NCBI GenBank assembly: GCA_030390025.1
Contig: JASTWF010000034.1
Span: 1,674,001-1,738,000, forward strand
Direction: 5' to 3'
DNA length: 64,000 nucleotides
Origin: Squalus acanthias
Lineage: Eukaryota
The stretch's first letter is position 1. Each line of letters opens with the position of its first letter. Below are positions 38,399 to 49,653 of this stretch, one piece after another. The notes under the pieces are model-generated. The model ran no database searches. It saw nothing but the letters and a program-made list of their open reading frames with translations, and was not told the origin of the DNA. The translations under genes were made by a program, and so were the position numbers.

Positions 38399-39425
38399 TT
38401 GTTAAATTGGGTGTGATAATAAATACACAGGCTAGAACAGTCACAGTTAATTGTTAAATTTGGAATGATAACCAATACACAGGGTAAAACTTTCAGTTAA
38501 TTGTTAAATTGGGTATGATAACCATACCCAGGGTAAAACTGTCAGTTAATTCTTAAATTTGGTGTGATAACCATACACAGGTTAAAACTGTCAGCTAGTG
38601 TTAAATTGGATGTGATAACCAATACACAGGGTAAAGCTTTCAGTTAATTGTTAAATTGGGTATGATAACCAGTACACAGGGTTAAACTGTCAGCTAATTG
38701 TTAAATTTAGTGTGATAACCAATACACAGGGTAAAACTGTCAGTTAATTGTTAAATTGGGTATGATAACCAATACAGAGGGTAAAACTGTCAGCTAATTG
38801 TTAAATTGGGTATGATAACCAATAGACAGGGTAAAACTGTCACAGTTAATTGTTAAATTGGGTATGATAACAAATACACAGGGTAAAACTGTCAGTTAAT
38901 TGTTAATTTGGGTAAGATAGCCGACAGTTTTACCCTGTGTATTGGTTATCATATCCAATTTAACAATTAACTAATACACATGGTTTAACTGTCAGTTAAT
39001 TGTTAAATTGGGTATGATAACCAAATCATAGTGTAATACTCTTACAGTTAATTGTTAAATTGGGTATGATAACCAATACGCAGGGTAAAACTGTCACAGT
39101 GAATTGCTAAATTGGGTATGATAACCAATACACATTGTAAAATTGTCACAGTTAATTGTTAAATTGAGTATTATAACTAATACACAGGGTAAAGCTGTCA
39201 CAGTTAATTGTTAAATTGTGTATGATAACCAATACACAGTGTGAAACAGTTAGTAAATTATTATATTGGGTATGATAACCAATACACAGAGTAAAACAGT
39301 TAGTTAATTGTTAAATTGGGTATGATAACCACTACACTGAGTAAAACTGCCGCAGTTAATTGTTAAATTGGGTATGATCGCCAATAAACAAGGGAGAAAG
39401 TTAATTGTTAATTCTTAAATTGGTA
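38399..39425 (+). repeat. ~50-52-bp AT-rich minisatellite (~20 copies) with one inverted monomer
   Basis: gttaattgttaaattgggtatgataaccaatacacagggtaaaactgtca. Confidence 0.95.
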
Positions 39426-39435
39426 ATAAGCGAAA

Positions 39436-39710
39436 CAAAACAACAACAACTTATATTTATGTAGCCCCTTTAACGTAGTAAAACGTCCCAAGGCGCTTCA
39501 CAGGAGAGCTATCAAACAACATTTGACATCGAGCCACATAAGGAGATATTTGGGCAGATAACCAAAAGCTTGGTCAAAGAGGTAATTTTTAAGGAGCGTC
39601 TTGATGGAGGAGAGAGCGGCAGAGAGGTTTACGGACAGAATTCCAGAGCTTCGGGCCCAGGCAGCTGAAGGCATGGCAACCAATGGTGGAGTGATTAAAA
39701 TCAGGGATAC
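39436..39710 (-). mobile_element. L2 LINE 3' end
   Basis: KTLLKNYLFDQAFG C-terminus and tail aagcgccttgggacgttttactacgttaaagg..(gtt)n. Confidence 0.85.
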
Positions 39711-39954
39711 TTTGAGAGGGACATCGAGAGAGACATTGACTGAAACATAGAGCGAGACATTGGGAGGTTCATTCAGCGGGCCATAGAGAGAGTCAGACAG
39801 ACACAAAGAGAGAAATAGAAACAAAGAGAGTGGGCAGATTGAGAGATAAAAATAGAGAGACAGAAAGTCAGGGGGAGAACCACAGACAGCCAGAGAGAGA
39901 CAGTCAGGCTGAGAGAGGCAGAGGGAAGAGAAAGACAGGGATAGATATTGAGAG

Positions 39955-42190
39955 TTAGAAAATAGGAACATATGAAATAGGAGCAGGAGTAGGCCATTTG
40001 GCTCATCGATCCTGCTCCGCCATTCAATATGGTCAGGGCTGATCTTCTACCTCAACTCCACTTTCCTGAATTATCCCCATATCCCTTGATTCCTTTAACA
40101 TTCAAAAATCTTTCAATCTCTGTCTAGAATATACTCAACGACTGAGCCTTCACAGCCCTCTGGGGTAGAGAATTGCAAAGATTCCCCACCCTCTGAGTGA
40201 AGGATTTTCTCCTCATCTCGGACCTAACTGGCCGACGTCTTTTGCTGAGACTGTGACCCCTTGTTCTAGACTCCCCAGCCTGGGGAAACATCCTCCCTGC
40301 ATCTACCCTGTTAAGCCCTCTAAGAATTTTATATAGTTCCATGAGATTACATCTCATTCTTCTAAACTCCAGAGAACATAGGCCTAGTCTAGTCAAGCTG
40401 TTCTCATAGGACAATCCCCCCATCCCAGGAACCAGTCTGGTGAACCTTCGTTGCACTCCCTCTTTGGCAATTATATCCTTCCTTATGTAAGGAGATCAAA
40501 ACTGTACACAGTACTCCTGGTGTGGTCTCACCAGGGCCCTATATAATTGCAGTAAGACGTCTTTACTCTTATATTCAAATTCCCCTTGTAATAAAGGCCA
40601 ACACACCATTTGCTTTCCTAATTATTTGCTGTACCTGCATGTTACCTTTCAGTGATTCATGTACAAGGACACCCAGGTCCCTCTGAACACCAACATTTCC
40701 CAATCTCTCAACATTTAAAAAATACCTTGCTTTACTATTTTTCCTAACTGCACATTTCTCCACATTATATTCCATTTGCCATGTTCTTGCCCATTCACTT
40801 AGCCTTTCTGTATCCCCTTGAAGCCTCCTTGTATCCTCCTCACAACTTACATTCCCACACAGCTTTTTATCATCAGCAAACTTGGATATATTGCATTTGA
40901 TCCCCTCATCCAAATCATTGATATATATCGTAAATAGCTGTGGCCCAAACACTGATTCTTGCGGTATCCCACTAGTTACAGCCTGCCAAACCGAAAATGA
41001 CTCGTTTATTGCTATTCTCTGTTTTCTGTCCGTTAACCAATCCTCAACCCATGCTAGAATATTACCCCCAATCCCATTTTGTTTAATTACCTCTTGTGCG
41101 GCCCCTTATAGAATGTCTTCTGAAAATCCAAATCCACCACATCTACTGTCGCCCCCTTATCTGTTCTGCTAGTTACAACCTCAAAAAACAAATTTGTCAA
41201 ACACGATTTCCCTTTCATAAATCCGTGTTGACTCTGCCCAATCCCATTTTAATTTTCTAAGTGCCCTGTTACTACGTCCTTAATGGGCCGAAAATTGATC
41301 CCGGGACGCGAGAGTACGCACTGCATACTCTCGCGTATTCCCACTGCAATTGCCGGTTTTCTGCATGCCCTGCGCATGCGCTGAAAACCGGCAATTGCTC
41401 TTCTGAAAAGGGGGCGGGGCCTGGGTGCATCGCATGCGCGCTACAGGCTGCGCGCACGCTGTGCACTTCATGCTTTGGACGCGCAGGTAAGTAGGGAAGA
41501 TTTTGGAAATGTAAAAAGGAGGAGTAAGACCCGCTTTTAAGAAGGTAAGTAGTGAATTAAGTATTTTTTTGAATTTTTTTTTACAGGTATATCTTTTTTA
41601 TAGACTTTAAAGACAGGTAAGTTTATTTTTATAACTTTTTAAAAGATTTTAAATTTTTTCAAAAATTTAATTTTTTATTTAAAATGGTTAATTTAATTAA
41701 CTATACTTATTTTATTAATGTGATGGGTTTTTTTTTAAATTTAATTGAGGTTTAGCTGTTATTTTGGGGGTGTGTAAGATTCATAAGTCTCACAGCCATG
41801 CTGTGAGACTTATGAATGGAAGATGGTGTGCTGCCATTGGCTCTAACTGAGTCACGTGATCCCACAGCTCGCACGAATTCACTACGCCGCTGGGATACGC
41901 AAGCCCAGCACAGCTGATGTCTGGAACATCAAGTTCGTGCGAGCTGGATCTGAAAAAGCATAAGCGAGGTGAGACATCGCGGGGAAGGCTTACCCCCGCG
42001 GGAACAGAGCGAGATCAATTTCTGGGCCAATATATTTTAGCATTTTCCCTACTACTGATGTCAGGAAAAGAGGTCTGTAGTTCCCCGTTTTCTCTCTCCC
42101 TCCTTTCTTAAATATTGGGGTTACATTTGCTACATTCCAATCCGCGGGAAACGTTCTAAAATCTATGCAATTTATGGAATTTCATCTGCC
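39955..42190 (-). mobile_element. CR1 3' part interrupted by a DNA-element insertion at 41285-42028
   Basis: [34 protein letters not shown]1 sequence resumes at 42029 (tagcattttccctactactgatgtcagg). Confidence 0.92.
41285..42028. mobile_element. Putative non-autonomous DNA transposon (MITE-like)
   Basis: Imperfect TIRs gggccgaaaattgatc / gatcaatttctgggcc, 3-bp TSD aat, cleanly splits a CR1, internal hairpins. Confidence 0.75.
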
Positions 42191-42194
42191 ATCT

Positions 42195-43875
42195 ATTTTG
42201 TTCTTTTTTATTCATTCATGGGCTGTGGTCATCGCTGGCAGGCCTTGCATTTATTGCCCATCCCTAGTTGCACTTGAGAAGGTGATGGTGAACCGCTGCA
42301 GTCGGTGATGGAAAGGCGCTCCCACAGTGCTGTTATGGAGGGAGTTGCAGGATTTTGACCCAGCGACAATGAAGGAATGGTAATATACTTCCAAGTCAGG
42401 ATGGTGTGTGACTTGGTGGAGAAGTTACAGGTGATGGTGCTCCCATGCTCCTGCTGCCCTTGTCCTTCTAGGTGGTAGAGGCTGCATGTTTGGGAGGTAC
42501 TGGCGAAGAAACCTTGGTAAGTTGCTGCAGTGCATCTTGTAGATGGTACAAACTGCAGCCACGGTGCGCCGCTGGTGGAGGGAGTGAATGTTTAAGAACA
42601 TAACATAAGAAATAGGAGCAGGAGCAGGCCTCCTTTGTTCCAAGGAAAACTATCCCAGCTTATCCCAGTTAATATTGGGGTAGTTCAAAACTCCTACTAT
42701 TACTGCCCTATAGTTTTTGCACTTCTCAGAAATGTGTCGACATATTTGCTCTTCTATCTCCCTCTCACTGTTTGGGGGTCGAGAGTACACTCCCAGCAGT
42801 GTGGTCGCCCCTTTTTTGTTTTTCCATTCGAGCCATATGGACTCGTTTGATGATCGCTCCAACATATCATCACTCCTCACAGCTGTAATAGTTTCTTTAA
42901 TCAATACCGCGACCCCCTCCCTTTTTACCACCCTCTCTACCCCTTTATGGTGATGGATGGGTACCAATCAAGTCGGCTGCTTTGTCCTGGATGATGTCGA
43001 GCTTCTTGAGTGTTGTTGGAGCTGCACTCATCCAGACAAGTGGAGAGTATTCCATCACACTCCTGACTTGTGCCTTGTAGATGGTGGAAAGGATTTGGGG
43101 AGTCAGGAGGTGAGACACTCGCCGCAGAATTCTCAGCCTTGACCTGCTCTGTTAGACACAGTATTTATGTGGCTGGTCCAGCTAAGGTTCTGGTCAATGG
43201 AAACCCCCAGGATACTGATGGTGACGGATTTGGCGATGGTAATTCCATTGAATGTTAAGGGGATGTGGCTCTTGTTGGAGATTGTCATTGCCTGGCACTT
43301 GTTTCGTGTGATTATTACTTGCCACTTATCAACCCAAGGCTGAATGTCATCCAGGTCTTGCTGCATGAGGGCATGGACTGCTTCATTATCTGAGGAGTTG
43401 TGAATAGAATTGAATACTGAGCAATCATCAGCGAACATCCCCACTTCTGACCATAGGATGGAGGGAAGGTCATTGATGAAATAGCTGAAGGTGGTTGGGC
43501 CGAGGACACTTCCCTGATGTACTGCTGCAGCGATGTCCTGGGGCTGTGATGATTGACCTCCAAAAACCACAACCATCTTCCTTTGTGCCGGGTATGACTT
43601 GAGACAGTGGAGAGTTTTCCCCCTGCTTCCCATTGACAGAATTTTACTCGGGCTCCTTGATGCCGCACTCAATCCAATGCTGCCTTGATGTCAAGGGAAG
43701 TCACTCTCTCCTCACCTCTGGAATTCAGCTCCTTTGTCCATGTTTGGACCAAGGCTGTAATGAGGTCTGGAGCCGAGTGGTCCTGGCGGAACTCAAACTG
43801 GGCATCGGTGAGAAGATTATTAGTGAGTAAGTGTCACATAAAAGCACTTTCGACGGCACATTTCATCACTTTGCT
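42195..43875 (-). mobile_element. Second-family CR1-group LINE (RT + 3' end) with nested CR1 piece 42595-42945
   Basis: QGSVLGPTTFSYFINDLP..MFADDC. The nested piece joins a CR1 tail to an EN fragment (GVYSRPPNS). Confidence 0.85.
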
Positions 43876-44550
43876 CATTTCACCAGTCTGTCTATGTCCT
43901 CCTGAAGCCTACTACTATCCCGCTCTGTGTGTATATAAAAGTCTATATCATTAATATATATCAAAAAGAGCAGTGGTCCGAATAACGACCCCTGGGGGTT
44001 ACCACTGTACACTTCCCTCCAGTCTGAACAACAACCGTTCACCACTACTCCCGGTTTTCTGTCCCTTAGCCAATGTCAGATCCCCACTGCCACTGTCCCT
44101 TTGGTCCTATCAAGTCTATTCAATTGTACTTCATCAAATGCATTTTGAATGTCCATATACACAACATCAACCGCACTACCCTCATCAACCAGTTCCGTTA
44201 CTTCATCAAAAAAAACAAAGTTTGTCAGACACACTTTGCCGTTAACATATCCGTGCTGGTTGTCATTTATTAATCCATGTTTTTTCCAAAGACATAAACT
44301 TTTCTCTGTGAATATGGCCTCTAGAGTTTTCCCCACCACTGACGTTAGGCTGACTGGCCTGCAGTTACAGGGATAATCCCTCTCTCCTTTTTTAAACAGT
44401 GTGTAACATTTTCAACCCTCCTGTCCTATGGCACCATTCCCATATCCGAGGAGGATTAAAATATTCTGGCCAGAGCCTGCGCTATTTCCACCATTCCTTC
44501 CCTCAGCAATCCTCATACTTCCCATCCGGACCAGATAAATGTTCTACTTT
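43876..44550 (-). mobile_element. Degenerate CR1 RT fragment
   Basis: QHGYV..CLTNF..VDVVYMDIQNAFD. Confidence 0.8.
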
Positions 44551-44855
44551 ACTGTGGTATAAAAAGTGTTGGATTGAAAGGGGTTAACTGAAGATGTTTG
44601 TTCAGTGACTGTAATTAATGTCAGTCTCCACGGGTAACTGAAGTTGTTTGTTTAGTGACTGAAATTAATGTCAGTCTATATGGACTCTAATTGTATCAGT
44701 GCAGGGTTTCCCTCTTCTATTAATAAGGGACTCCTTTCAATGTGTTATCCCATAGTGTCAGTGAGAGCATCACCTCCGGCACTAACAGGGATCAGCGCGC
44801 TGCTCCACAGAGAGGGAGTCGGAATCTGAGAACAGTAGATTGGAATGTTACAACA

Positions 44856-45036
44856 ATGGATCAGAATCTGAGAACAGTAGATTGGAATGTTGCAACAATG
44901 GGCAGGAGTTTCAGCTCGGATATTGACCATCTTTCAGAATATTATGATAGAATGTCATTAGACAGGCGGATACAGTTGGCACTTTGGATTATCCAATACA
45001 TTTACTATCCCCTCCTTGCTGCTGTTGGTGTTCCTG
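44856..45036 (+). CDS. GPR139-like: First coding exon of a GPR139-like class A GPCR (N-terminus + start of TM1); exon 2 not seen in window
   Basis: acaATGg start; MDQNLRTVDWNVATMG...IQYIYYPLLAAVGVP, then phase-1 donor G|GTAAGT at 45037. The YYPxLAxVGVP exon end matches my recollection of the expanded chondrichthyan GPR139-like family. Confidence 0.72.
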
Positions 45037-45289
45037 GTAAGTCTCTCTATCCAGCTATTCTGTTAACCATGTTTTACTGTATTACTGTTCGTGTCATTTA
45101 CTCTCCCCTCCTTGCTGCGGTTGTTGTTCTGGCAAGTCTCTCTGTCCAGCTGTTAACCCTGCAAACCTTTGCTAACTGTATTACTATTCTTCATTCTTTG
45201 CTGCTGTTGGTGTCCTTGGTAAGTCTCTCTATATCCAGAAATTAGATCTGTAAACCACGTTTCACTGTATTACTGTTTTTGTCATTTAA

Positions 45290-45776
45290 ATCTTGGGAAG
45301 AGCGAAGCCATTGTCTTCATTCCTCGTCACAAACTCCATTCTCTATCTACCGATTCAGTCCCCCTCCCTGGTCAATGTCTGAGGCTGAACCAGGCTGTTT
45401 GCAACCTCTGCGATCTGTTTGTCTCTGAGCTGAGTTCTGAACTCATATCTTCTGAATCACCATTCCTGCCGACTGCCACCCCCAAAATTTCACCCATCTC
45501 CGCTCCACCTGAGCCCTTCCGCTGCATAAACCCTCATCCGTACCTTTGTTAAATCCAGTCTCGAATATTCCAATGCTCCCCCGGCCGGTCTCCCAATAAC
45601 AAGCCTCCGTAAACGAGAGCTCATCCAAAACTCTGCTGCCCCTATCCTAACACACATCATGTCCCGTTCACCCATCACCCCTGTGATCACTGACCAACAT
45701 TGGCTGCCGATCCGGCAACAACTCGGTTTAAATATTCTCCTCCTCATGTTCAAATCCCACCATGGCCTCACCCCTG
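45290..45776 (+). mobile_element. L2 LINE ORF2 fragment
   Basis: gaagccattgtcttc..., ccaaaactctgctgccc..cccatcacccctgtg..cattggct (QNSAA..PITP..HWL motif). Confidence 0.8.
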
Positions 45777-46319
45777 AAATTAGTCCCATTCCCTTGCTCT
45801 TTTCCCATAGTCCTGCAAATTGATCCCCTTCAGGTATTTATCCAATTTCCCTTTTAAAGTTAACTACTTTCCCTCTGTACCTCTCCCTGTCTTTCAGTCT
45901 CTATTTTTATTTCTCTCTCTCCCCCTCTTCTCTCTCTCTCTGTCTCTTGCTCATAGAATCATAGAACGGTACATCAGAGACGGAGGGCATTCGGCCCATC
46001 GTGTCCATGCCATCTCTTTGAAAGAGTTATCAATTCAGTCAAACTCTTTAATCAGAGCCCCATAGAACATTCCCCTCATCTAATTACCCCATTTCCTTTC
46101 GAAATTTACTATTGAATCTGCTTCCACCACGTTCTCAGTCACTGCATTCTAGATCTCATCTCACTGTGTAAAGAAAATTCTCATCTCTCCTCTGGTTCTT
46201 TTGACAATTACTTTAAATTTGTTTCCTCTGGTTACCCACCATACTGCCTCTGGAAACCGACTTACTTACTCTTTCAAAACCCATTACAATCTGGAATATC
46301 TACACTAAATCTCCCCTAA

Positions 46320-49090
46320 TGGAAAAGGACAAAGAAAGTCCAGGTTTAAAAGTTTTCAATTGGGGAAAGGCCAAATTTACTGAGCTGAGATGTGATTTAG
46401 GAAAAATGGACTGCAAACAGCTTCTTAATTGGAAATCAGTGCAGAGCCGTGGGAAGCATGCAACGAGAAGATAGTGAGGGCTCAGAGCAAATATATTCCC
46501 AAAAAGATAAAGGAAGAGACTTCCAAATCTAGAGTTCCCTGGATGTCAAGGGGAATACAGGGTAGGATAAGGGAACAAAAAGGCAAGATTTTGTCAGATA
46601 CCGAGAGCTCAATACTACAGAAAGCCTAGAGGGGTATAGAAAGTGCAGGGGTGAAATTAAAAATTAAATTAGGAAAGCAAAGAGATGGCATGAAAAAATA
46701 TTGGCACGTAAAATCAAGGAAAACCCAAATATATTTTATGCATACATCAAGAGCAAGAGGATAACTAAGGAAAGAGTTTGGCCTATTACAGACCAAAAAG
46801 TTAACCTGTGTGTAGAGGCGGAAGACGTGGATATGGTTCTCAATAAATACTTTGGGTCTGTCTTCACAGAAGAGTGAGACGATGCAGACATTGTAGTTAA
46901 GGAGGAGTTGTGTGGAATATTAGATGAGACAAAGATAGTGAGAGAAGAAACATTAAGGGGTTCAGCATCTTTGAAAGTAGATAAATCACGAGGCTCGGAT
47001 GAAATGTATCTCAGTCTTTTAAGGGAGGAAATAGCGGAGGCTCAGACCATCATTTTCCAATCCTCTCTGGCTACAGGCGTGTTGCCAGAGGACTGGAGGA
47101 CTGCTAACGTTGTACCATTGCTTAAAAAAGGGAGAAAGGGATAGACCGAGTCATTACTGGGCAGTTAGTCTAACCTTGGTGGTGGAAAAAATATAGGAAA
47201 ATTCTGAGGGGCAGTATAAATCGGCATTTAGAAAGGCACAGATTAATCAAGGACAGTCAGCATGGTTATGTTAAGAAAGTTCGTGTCTGACTAAATGGAT
47301 TGAATTTTTTGAGGAGGTAATGAGGAGGGTCGATGAGGGGAGTGCATTTGATGTAGTCCACGTAGATATTAGTAAGGACTTTGACAAGGTCCCACATGAC
47401 AGGTTGGTCATTAGATCCAAGGGAAAGTGGCAAGTTGGATCCAAAATTGGATCAGTGGCAGGAAGCAAATGTCGTAATGGTCAACGGGTGTTCTTTGTGA
47501 CTGGAAGGTTGTTTCCAGTGGGGTTCCACAGGGCTCAGTACTAGGTCCCCTGCTATTTGTGGTACATATCAATGATTTAGACTTCAGTGTTGGGGCCATG
47601 ATGAAGAAGTTTGCACATGATACAAAAATTGGCCGTGTGGTTGATAGTGAGGAAGAAAGCTGTAGACTGCAAAAAGATATCAATGGACTGGTCAGGTGGG
47701 CATAACAATGGCAAATGGACTTCATTTCGGAGAAGTGTGAGCTAATGCATTTGTGGCGCGCTAAATAAAAGGAATACACAATAAATGGTAGGATACTGAG
47801 AGGTGCAGTGGAACAGAGGGAACTTGGAGTACATTTCCACATATCTCTAAAACTATCAGGAAATGTAGATAGGGTAGTTAAAAAGGCATGTGGGATAAGA
47901 ACATAAGAACATAAGAAATAGGAGCAGGAGCAGGAGTAGGCCAATCGTCCCCTCGAGCCTGCTCCGCCATTCAATAAGATCATGGCTGATCTGATCCTAA
48001 CCTCAATTCTAAAGAACACAAGAATTAGGAGCAGGACCCGGCCACTCAGCCCCTGGGCCCGCTCCACCACCAACAGGGCCTTGACCGATCCGAACTCAGC
48101 CTCATGTTCAATTTCCTGCCCGCTCCCCGTAACCCCTAATTCCCTTTACTTCTAGGAAACTGTCTATTTCTGTTTTAAATTTATTTAATGATGTAGCTTC
48201 CACAGCTTCCTGAAGCAGTAAATTCCACAGACCTACTACCCTCTGAGTGAAGAAGTTTCTCCTCATCTCAGTTTTGAAACAGCAGCCCCTTATTCTAAGA
48301 TTATGCCCCTAGTTCTAGTTTCACCCATCCTTGGGAACATCCTTAACGCATCCACCCGATCAAGCCCCTTCACAATCTTATATGTTTCAATAAGATCGCC
48401 TCTCATTCTTCTGAACTCCAATGAGTACAGTCCCAATCTGCTCAACCTCTCCTCATATTTCCACCCTTGTCCACCAATACGTTGCTTTATTAGCTGAAGC
48501 ATAGGATATAAAAGCAGGGAGTTTATGCTAGAACTGTATAAAACACCAATTCGGCCACAGCTGGAATACTGCGTACAATTTTGTTCAAAACATTACAGGA
48601 AAGATGCGATTGCATTTGAGACATTATAGAGGAGATTTACGTGGATGCTGCCAAGACTGGAGAATAGTCTGGGGTTCTTTACATTGGAACAGAGGAGGCT
48701 GAGGGGAGATTAAGTTGAGGTGTATAAAATTATGAGGGGCCTAGATAGAGTGGTTTGCAAGCACCTATTTCCCCTGACAGAGACGTCAATAACCAAGGGG
48801 AATAGATTTAAAGTAATTGGTAGAAGGATTAGACGGGAGATGAGGAGAATTTTTTTCACCCAGAGGTCGGTGCGGGTCTGAAACTCAAGGCCTGAAAGGG
48901 TTGGTAGAGGCAGAAACCCTCATCATATTTAAAACGTTCTTGGATATGCACTTGAAGTGCCATAACCTACAGGGCTACGGACCAAGAGCTGGAAAGTGGG
49001 ATTAAGCTGATAGTTCTATTTCGACCGGCGCAGACACAATGGGCCAAATGGCCTCCTTCTGTGCCGTAAATTTCTATGATTCTACAATTC
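46320..49090 (+). mobile_element. CR1 ORF2 + 3' tail, decayed, with an antisense CR1 3' piece nested at 47897-48470
   Basis: LPEDWRTANVVPL, AFDVVHVDISKDFDKVPH; tail ttctatgattcta. Confidence 0.92.
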
Positions 49091-49652
49091 TGTGATTCTT
49101 AACCTTCGCTGCTCTAAAAAGAGCAATCCCAGCTTCTCCTGACTCTCCACGTAATTGAAGTCCCAGATCCCTGGTACCATTCCGGTAAATCTCCTCTGCA
49201 CCTTCTCTAATCCTTGACATGCTTGCCAAAGGGTGGTGCTCAGAATTGGACACAATACTCCAGCTGGGGTCTAACCAATGCTTTTTAATAGGTTAACATT
49301 TCTACCTGGATTTTGTTACTCTGTGTCTCTGTTTGTAAAGCCAAGGACTCCGTATGCTTTATTAATAGCCATCGCTACTTGTCCTGCCACCTTCAAAGAT
49401 TTGTGTAAGTACACACCAGATCTCTCTGATCGTGCACACGCTTTGAAATTGTACCGTTTAGTTTATATTACCTCTGCTCATGCTTCCTACCAACATGGAT
49501 CACTTCACCCTTCTCTGTGTTAAATTGTATCTGCCATGTGGCTGCCCATTTCACCAGACTGTCTGCGTCCTCCTGAAGTCTGTTACTATCATTCTCACTG
49601 TTTATTTACATTTCCGAGTTTTGTCATTTTCAAACTTTGAAATCATGCGCTG
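49091..49652 (-). mobile_element. Degenerate CR1 fragment
   Basis: cagaattggacacaatactccagctgggg is the reverse complement of PQLEYCVQF. Confidence 0.75.
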
Positions 49653-49653
49653 T

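Noticed and set aside
44742..45245. 167-aa multi-TM protein as a single-exon gene
   Set aside because: It starts at GTG and reads through a strong donor into tandem copies of the exon end; better explained as GPCR exon 1.
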